A stretch of DNA of 64,000 bases from the human T2T-CHM13v2.0 reference genome, Homo sapiens, in NCBI RefSeq assembly GCF_009914755.1, contig NC_060932.1. One strand, 5' to 3'. The notes below the pieces were generated by a model. That model saw only the letters and a list, made by a program, of their open reading frames with translations, did not search any database and had not been told where the DNA came from. Below are positions 54,304-64,000 of this stretch, piece by piece; positions within the stretch are counted from its first letter, which is position 1; the number at the start of each line of letters is the position of its first letter. The position numbers and the translations under genes are program-made.

Positions 54304-55069
54304 TAAACTCCTGACCTCAGGTGATCCGCTTGCCTTGGCCTCCTGAAGTGCTGGGATTACAGGTGTGAGCCACCATGCCCGGCCAAATAAGTTCTTTAGT
54401 GGTGATTTCTGAGATTTTGGTGTACGCATCACCTGAGCAGTGTACACTGTACCCAATGTGTAGTCTTTTGTGCCTCAACCCCCTCCCACCTTTTCCCTGG
54501 AGACCCCAAAGTCCATTGTATCATTCGTATGATAGGCTCTATTTTCCATTGTCCCTCCACATCCGTTTTCAAGGATTTTGAGTACAGAAAATGATTATCA
54601 CCTAAAAAGTGGTCTTTTATACAGCAAAAATTTCAGTAAATAATTCGTAACATTTGTGGAATGGTTCTCCTCTGCCCCTTCTCCCCAGTTCTTAACATAA
54701 AAATCATTAGAGCCATTTCTTGGCATGGTAATGCAGATATTTTTCTTCAACAGAAAGGACAAACATCAGTTGCATGTATAACTAAAGGGCTAAAAATTGA
54801 GATGCTTAATTGTTTCCTTAGTTAGAAAAGCAGCATTCTTCCTCTGGATTTAGGGAAAGGAAGTACTGATGCTTTAAGTCTTTAGGTTCTTGGTTAATTA
54901 CACTTTGTGTGTGTGTGTGTTTGCTGTAGCCCTCTTGCAATGAGATGGAAAAATTAGAAACATATGATTAAGGCCAGACATGGTGGCTCACACCTGTGAT
55001 CCCAACACTTTGGGAGGCTGAGGCAGAAGGATCGCTTGAGCCCAGAAGTTTGAGACCAGTCTGGGCTAC

Positions 55070-55441
55070 TGTATTAGTCCATTTTCATACTGCTATAAAG
55101 ATACTACCCGAGGCTGGGTAATTTATAAAAAGGTTTAATTGACTCACAGTTCCGCAGGGCTGGGAGGCCTCAGGAAACTTACAATCATGGTGGAAGGGGC
55201 AGCAAACATGTTCTTCACAGGTGACAGGAGACAGAAAATTGAGGAGGGAAGGGGAAAGGGCCCCTTATAGAAACATCAGATCTTGTGAGAATTCACTATC
55301 ACAAGAACAGCATGGGGAAACCGCCCCCATAATCCAATCACTTACCTTCCTCCACATATGGGGATTACAGGTCCCTCCCTCCACACACAGGGATTACAAT
55401 TCAAGATGAGATTTGGGTGGGAACACAGCCAAACCATATTA
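55070..55441 (-). mobile_element. THE1 solo LTR inserted in an Alu
   Basis: TGTATTAGTCCATTTTCATACTGCTATAAAG...GAGATTTGGGTGGGAACACAGCCAAACCATATTA; 5-bp TSD GCTAC/GCAAC; the Alu resumes on both sides. Confidence 0.85.
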
Positions 55442-55773
55442 GCAACCAGGTGAGACCCCATCTCTACAATTTTTTTTTTTAATTAGCCAGGCGTGATTGC
55501 CTGCACCTGTAGTCTCAGCTACTCTGGAGACTGAGGTGGGAGGATCACTGGAGCCCCACAGGTTGAGGTTGCAGTGAGCCATGATCTCACCTCTGTGCTC
55601 CAGCCTGGGTGACAGAGTGAGATCATGTCTCAATCATCATCATCATCGTCTGGGGCAGCACATGCAGATACAGATGAGTAAATATTAAAGCTAAGGGAGT
55701 ACCTGGGCGTGGTAGCTCACATCTGTATTCCCAACACTTTGGGAGGCCGAGGCGGGCAGATCACCTGAGGTCA

Positions 55774-55980
<207 letters not shown>

Positions 55981-56284
55981 TCAAAAGATCTAAGGGACAG
56001 GTACATGAGGATATTTTATACTTTTCTACTTCTGTATAATATTTAATGATTAAATGTTAAAAAGTATCAGCAGGCTGAAGATTAGAAAGGCTGACTTGTA
56101 AATTTGTCAAGTGCTCTATGAGAAAGCTCTGACTTTAAAAAGCTTTAGTTTTTGTTGGTTTTTTTTTTTGAGACAGTGCCTGTCACCTGGGCTGAAGCGC
56201 AGTGGCACAATCACAGCTCACTGCAGCTTCAACCTCCCCAGGCTCAAGCCATCCTCCCACGTCAGCCTCCCGAGTAGCTGGGAC

Positions 56285-56739
56285 TTTTACCTGATAGAGT
56301 TGTTAAGGTTCTTGGCGTGTTGAACAGAGAATTGAACAAAATGCACGAAGTAACAAAAGAACGAAACAAGGGAAGACAAAACAACAGAAGAAGAGTAGGG
56401 AAAACAGACTTATTGAAGACAATTCACAGAGTGAGAGTGAGCTCGAACAAGCGGCTCAAGAGCCTCCTTAATTAGGATTTTTATCAAGCCCAAGGAACCT
56501 GGCAACACCCCACGGTGCCCTAGAGAGGCCTCCAATTGGCTACACCCCATGAAGGATTGGCCTGCAACCCAGCAGAGGCTGAAGTGCCTTGTTATGATGG
56601 GAGGGAGGATGTGGCCTATATGCTGCACCTGCCGCTCTCCTGCTTATAGGAGCTGGCTGCACCTGCTGTTCTTTTGCTTATGAGAACTGGCTGCACCTGC
56701 CGAACCCCCGTTATCCTAATTCTCTATTCGCCTGCCACA
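56285..56739 (-). mobile_element. MER51-like ERV1 solo LTR inserted in an Alu
   Basis: Perfect 4-bp TSD GGAC (56281-56284 and 56740-56743); reverse complement starts TGTGGCAGGCGAATAG; family name tentative. Confidence 0.65.
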
Positions 56740-57029
56740 GGACCACAGGTGTGTGCCATCACGCCTGGCTATTTATTTATTTATTTATTTTCAGATAGCG
56801 TCTCACCCTGTGGCCCAGGCTGTAGTGCAATGGCACGATCTCGGCTCACTGCACCCTCCGCCTCCTGGGTTCAAGCAATTCTCCTGACTCAGCCTCCACA
56901 ACCTAGTTGATTTCTCTCATGTAAAAGCTTACAGGAGCTGGGTGGTGACTCACGCCTGTAATCCCAGCACTTTGGGAGGCTGAGGTGGACAGATCACTCG
57001 AGGTCAGGAGTTCGAGACCAGGCTGGTTA

Positions 57030-57314
<285 letters not shown>

Positions 57315-58944
57315 TCAAAACTGGATGCTAGGATTCCAGCTATCCTGTCCACACTCCAAGAAGCAGAGAAGAGGAGGCCTCTTTAGAGAGCTTTGGGAGC
57401 TTCCACTCACATCTTGTTGCCAAGCTTAGTCCTGTGGCCAGCTGTCATCTTTGAAGGGGGCATATTGCTATTCCTTGCAAAATAGGCCTTGTACCTTGAT
57501 CTTAGTTAACTGGCCTCAGTTCAGACCTTGTTTCCAACATGACAAAACCCGATGGCCCAGGAGAGGTGGAGGAGGCTGAGACCAGGAGGAGAAGGGCCTT
57601 GGGACTATGCTCCCAATGACATTACCGGCAACCCCAGTGCCCCCGCGAGGTGCGGCCCTCAGGAGTGACCCCACACTGGTGCAGGCTGCACCACCCAGGA
57701 CCCTCCACTGCTGCTGATCTGCCTCCCATGCCTGGATAATTTTTATTTTATTTATTTTTCATTTTTTATCTTTAGCTTTTTTTTTCATTACAAAACCTCA
57801 AAGTACCAATGCCTGACTAATTTTTAAATATTTTTGTAGAGACAGGGTCTCACTATGTTGCCCAGGCTGGAATACAGTGGCCCGATCTCAGCTCATTGGA
57901 GCCTCGACCTCCTGGGCTCAATTGATCCTCCTGCTTCAGCCTCCTGAGTAGCTGAGGACTGACCACAGGTGCGTGCTACCATGCCCAGCTAATTATTTTT
58001 TATTTTTGTAGAGATCGGGTCTCACTATGTTGCCCAGGCTGGTCTCTAACTCCTGGACTCAGGTGATCCTACCGCCTCGGCCTCCAAAAGTGCTGAGATA
58101 ACAGGCGTGAGATACCACACTTGGTCCTACATGGTCTTATTTAGAGAATTTGCCCTCATTTTATTACTCTTCATCTCTGTATTTCACTTTGTAAACGCTC
58201 TTCCTCACTATCATGGATTGATATGGGAGCTCTGCTCATTTGAGCTTAATTATACAGTAGCTATTATCAAAAGACAATATAAAGTCATTCTAGGTTGTTC
58301 TACTGTGACCGTGACACTAAGGGGTTTTGTTGTTGTGGGGATAAAAGAAAATAAAGTGACATTTTTCTGAAGGAAATATTTAAATTAAAAAGTGTGAAAT
58401 TTCCCTTTAAAGGGAGGGAAAAAGCTTTAGTCAGGTAATTGCTCTGCTAGCTGAAATTGAGATTCTAAAAATAACAAGCTCTAAATCATATGGCTTATTT
58501 AGACTTCCACTTAGGACACAGAGATCTGTAAAGAATGCTGCTCTCACCCTAGCAACAAGAAACAGCTGGATCTAGCTGGGTGCATGGTGCCTGCATGCCT
58601 GTGGTCCCAGCTACTTGGGAGGCTGAGGTGGGGGGATCACTGAGCCTAGGAGTTCAAGACTAGCCTCGGCAATATACTGAGACCTTGTCTCAAGAAAAAA
58701 AAAGAAAAGGAAAAGAAACAGCTGGATGATACACAAAATCATAACATTTTTGAGCCCACAGTGAGCTGAGGCTGCAAAGCAATTATGTAAACTGAATTCC
58801 AAAAAGAGATAACCCTCTCCAAGGAGAGACGGGACACAGAAACTGTCTTCCCTTTGGCAAAACACGGGAGAAAAGGCAGCTGCTATACAAGCTAAGATTT
58901 TGATGTTCGTAAAGGTCACGCATGGGCTACTGCATCAGTTTGGA

Positions 58945-59120
58945 ACCAGACGGGCTATTTAATTTGTGGGCCTTAGTGCAAAATGAAAATGTGGGAACCC
59001 TTACTCAAAAGTGAAGAAGTTCAAGATGGCGATAGGCGACAGCAATGCAGTAAACCAAACATGAAGCCCTTCTAAGTGTGGGGCCCTGCACAGGTACCAT
59101 GCCATGAAGCCAGTCCTGGC
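58945..59120. mobile_element. MER45-like hAT DNA element
   Basis: AATTTGTGGGCCTTAGTGCAAAATGAAAATGTGGG...GGGGCCCTG...CCATGAAGCCAGTCCTG. Confidence 0.55.
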
Positions 59121-59742
59121 TGGGGGCTTCAGACACAAAGGGAGTGCCCATTCTCTAGAAAGTTCTTCCTCCTCACCCTTCACTAGGTGTTCAGGAGGAC
59201 TGAGACAGGGCAGGAGACCAGAGAAAGCCAACCTCAGAGCAAACAATGAGTGACTGGCGGCTGTAGGGGAACAAGCGCAAAGCTCCACTGGCTTCCCCAG
59301 ACCCTCCTCTCCTACCAAGCCAAGGTCTTAACCTGCTGGGGAAAGTACAGCAAGTACTATGGCCTGCCAGGAACTGGCAGATCTATTGTCTCTGGAGAAG
59401 GAACAGAGGCAGACAAAACAAAACAAAACCAAAACAAAACCCATCTGCTTCTCCCAGGACTCAGGCAAAGATTATTGCTGCTGGCAGAAGGTCGAGGCAA
59501 AAATTCTCTACCTTGCAGGGAAGGGTGGATACAGATATCAAACAGATGTCTAGTCTTGCTAGGAATGGGGCCGAAAACTCCCACCCTACGCCAACCATGG
59601 ACACAAGGAGAAGTTTGGCAGCCACAGGTAGAAGGAGCAAGAATGCTTAGAAAAACCTCACCTTGAAAACCAAAGCACAGGCTGGGTGCGGTGGCTCATG
59701 CCTGTAATCATGGCACTTTGGGAGGTTGAGGCGGGTGGATCA

Positions 59743-60323
<581 letters not shown>

Positions 60324-60589
60324 TCAGAGTTGCCCAGGCTGGGGTGCAGTGGTGTGATCTCAGCTCATTGCAACCTCTGCCTCCTGGGTTCAAGTGATTC
60401 TTGTGCCTCAGCCTCCCAGTAGCTGGGTTTAGCAGGCCACCATGCCCGGCTAATTTTTATATTTTTAGTAGAGACAGGTTTTCACCATGTTGGCCCAGCT
60501 GGTCTTGAACTCCTGGCCTCAAGTGATCAGCCTGCCTCTGCCTCCCAAGATGTTTGGATTACAGGTATAAGCCATTGCGCTCGGCCTAT

Positions 60590-61780
60590 ACCTAGTAAAA
60601 TGATCTTTCCCACATGAACATGAAAGAAATACTTTTAAAGACATACAAAAGCTGAAAAAATTCATCACCATCAAACTTGCACTACAAAAAATGTTAGTCT
60701 TAAGGCAGAAGAAAAACTATACCAGATGGAAATACAAAACTACACAAAGCAATGAAGAACACTAGAAATAACACAGATTTATATGAGTAAATAAACTTTT
60801 TTCTTGTTACTAAATCCCTTTAAGTGATATTTTAGTGATGATAATATAATAGCAATGTTGCATGGGGCTTATAATACATATAAAACCAAAATTTATGACA
60901 ATAGCACAGTTAGGGATATATATTACAAGATTCTGATACTCTATGTGAAGTGGTGTAATGCCACTTGATGGCAGATGGAACAAAGTTAAAGATGTATACC
61001 ACAAATCCTAAAGCAACCACTAAAGGAACAAAACAAAAAGGTATAGCTAATAAGCCACACAAAAGAGATACATAGAATAAAAAATATTCAATTAATCCAA
61101 AAGAATTCAGAAAAAGAGGAAATAAATGGGACAAATAGAAAACAAATAGCACGATGACAGACTTAAACCTAACAATACCAATAATCGTATTAAATATAAA
61201 CAATCTAAATATCCCCAAATGAAAAGTAGAGAGTATTAGCCGGGTGCAGTGGCTCACACCTATAATCCCAGCACTTTGGGAGGTGGGCAGATCACTTGAG
61301 GTCAGGAGTTCAAGACCAGCCTGGCCAACATGGCGAAACCCCGTCTCTACAAAAAACAAAACAAAACAAAGAAATAAAAATTAGCCGGGCTTGGTAGTGC
61401 ACAACTGTAATCCCAGCTACGCAGGAGGCTGAGGCATGACAGTCACTTGAGCCTGGGAGGCGGAGGTTGGTTACAGTGAGCCGAGATCGCCCCCACTGCA
61501 CTCCAGCCTGTGTGACAAAGCATGTCTCAAAAACAACAACAACAAAAAGTAGAGAATATTAGATTAGAATTAAAACAACAACAAAAAATGCTGCCTACAA
61601 GAAACAGTGGTAAGGAATAAATACCTCCAAAAACCCCTACCCACGAACATGAAATACTAGTTGTCCTAATCAAAGCAATATGAAACATATACAAAAAGTC
61701 ATAGAGATTAGAAAAGAAGAAAAAAGCTTTGTATTCACTGACTATGTGACTTTGTAATTTAAAAAAATCCAAAGTAATTG
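60590..61780 (+). mobile_element. Old L1M fragments
   Basis: A-rich L1-like sequence (AAATCCTAAAGCAACCACTAA, AAACAAATAGCACGATGACAGACTTAAACC) interrupted by an Alu. Confidence 0.6.
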
Positions 61781-61790
61781 CTGATAAATA

Positions 61791-62019
61791 CAGGTTGAGC
61801 ATCCCTAATCCAAAAATCTGAAATACAATATGCTCCAAAATCCAAAACTTTTTGAGCAGGTACTTGATGCTCAAAGGAAATGTTCATTGGAGCATTTCAG
61901 ATTTGTGGAATAGGGATGTTCAACCAGATATCTATATGCAAATATTCTAAAATCAGAAAAAATCCTAAATCTGAAACACTTCTGGTCCCATGCATTTTGA
62001 ATAAGGGATACTCAACTTA
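61791..62019. mobile_element. Tigger4a/MER46-like DNA element
   Basis: TIRs CAGGTTGAGCATCCCT ... AGGGATACTCAACTT with TA flanks. Confidence 0.75.
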
Positions 62020-62593
62020 TATAAGAACTAAGTGCATTTAGTATAGCTACTGAAGAAAATATTTTGGGCAGGTGTGGTGGCTCACGCCTGTAATCCCAGC
62101 ACTTTGGGAGGCAGAGGTGGGTGGACCACCTTAGGTCAGGAATTCGAGACCAGCCCGACCAAGATGGTGAAACCCCATCTCTACTAAAAATACAAAAATT
62201 AGCTGGGCGTGGTGGTAGGTGCTTGTAATCCCGGCTACTCCAGAGGAGAATCGCTTGAACCTGGGAAGTGGGGGTTGCAGTGAGCAGAGATTGCGCCATT
62301 GCCCTCTAGCATGGGCAACAGTAAGACTCCGTCTCAAAAAAAAGAGGTTGCATTGAGCAGAGATCGCGCCATTGCACTCCAGTCTGGGCGACAGAGTGAG
62401 ACTCCATCTCAAAAAAAAAAAAAAAAAAAAAGAAGATATTTTAAAAGATCGCTTTTATTTCAATTTATCATCATTAAACAATCACAAAATAGAAAGGTAT
62501 TACCCACGACAGCATTTTAAAATCAAATGTTGCCAGGTGCAGTGGCTCACGCCTGTAATCCCAGCACTTTGGGAGGCCGAGGCGGGTGGATCA

Positions 62594-62872
<279 letters not shown>

Positions 62873-62993
62873 TTATACCAAATATTATATTGTTGAGAGA
62901 AATTGAGGACTTGATGAAAGAGGTATTTTATACCATCTCCATGGACTAGAAGGCTCAATAATGTAAAATGACCTATTCTTCCTAAACTGATAG

Positions 62994-63368
<375 letters not shown>

Positions 63369-63369
63369 T

Positions 63370-63755
63370 AAATTGTTTATTGTGGTACTATATATATGAC
63401 ATAAAATTTAATCATTTTAAAATACACAATTCAGTGCCATTAAGTATACTCATGTTGTGTGATCTTCACCACCATTCATTTCCATAACTTTCTAATCATC
63501 TGAAACTCTACAGCCATTAAAGTAACTCCTCAATCCTTTCTCCTTCCAGCCCCTGGCAATCTCTATTCTACTTTTTGTGTCTATGAATTTGCCTATATTC
63601 TAGGTACCCTCATATAAGTGAAAACATACAATTGTGTTTTTGTGTCTTGCTCATTTCACTAAGCATGTTCTGAAGGTGCTCCGTGTTGCAGCATGTGTCA
63701 GAATTTGATTCCTTTCCAATGGCTGAACAATATTCCATTGTATGGATATACCACA
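63370..63755 (-). mobile_element. L1MB-like 3' end fragment
   Basis: Antisense L1M 3'UTR motifs (CCCTGGCAATCTCTATTCTACTTT, AATATTCCATTGTATGGATATACCACA). Confidence 0.6.
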
Positions 63756-64000
63756 TTTTTTTTTTTTTTTTTTTTGAGACAGAGTTTCACTTTGTTACTC
63801 AGGCTGGAGTACAGTGATCTCCGCTCACTGCAACCTCCACCTCCTGGGTTCAAGTGATTCTCCTATCTCAGCCTCCTGAGTAGCTGGGATTACAGGCGTG
63901 TGCCACCACACCTGGCTAATTTTTGTCTTTTTAGTAGAGATGGGGTTTCGCCATGTTGGCCAGGCTAGTCTCGAACTCCTGACCTCAAGTGATCCACCCA

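Noticed and set aside
57490-57725. GC-richer island that might be an exon or retrocopy
   Set aside because: No ORF, splice pair or polyA/TSD that I can support; probably an old DNA-transposon fragment that I cannot name.

Overview
Human (primate) genomic DNA, very Alu-dense, recognisable as the 8p12 GSR-UBXN8 locus. The minus strand carries GSR (glutathione reductase) coding exon 1 (6984-7289), its CpG-island promoter with a consensus NRF2 ARE, and about 7 kb of intron 1. About 640 bp beyond the ARE, on the plus strand, lies a 3'-truncated HERV-E provirus (5' LTR, tRNA-Glu PBS, decayed gag, pro, RT and RNase H; no integrase, env or 3' LTR) that splits an Alu. The complete 8-exon UBXN8 CDS (25204-47414, 270 aa) follows on the plus strand, with an antisense HIKESHI processed-pseudogene fragment in intron 3. 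The last 16 kb is repeat-derived (MaLR/ERV1 solo LTRs, old L1, DNA transposons, Alus). Almost all short ORFs in the track are Alu or L1 translations. I found no convincing new gene system. The best second-look items are: (1) the terminator-less HERV-E LTR with splice donors pointing at UBXN8; (2) its seamless, TSD-less junctions in the Alu; (3) a retained gag-pol readthrough pseudoknot; (4) a 61-bp micro-retrocopy of an unidentified mRNA end; (5) a 420-bp templated insertion in UBXN8 intron 1; (6) the 3'-truncated HIKESHI retrocopy. Repeat family names are from recalled consensus sequences, not a database search.
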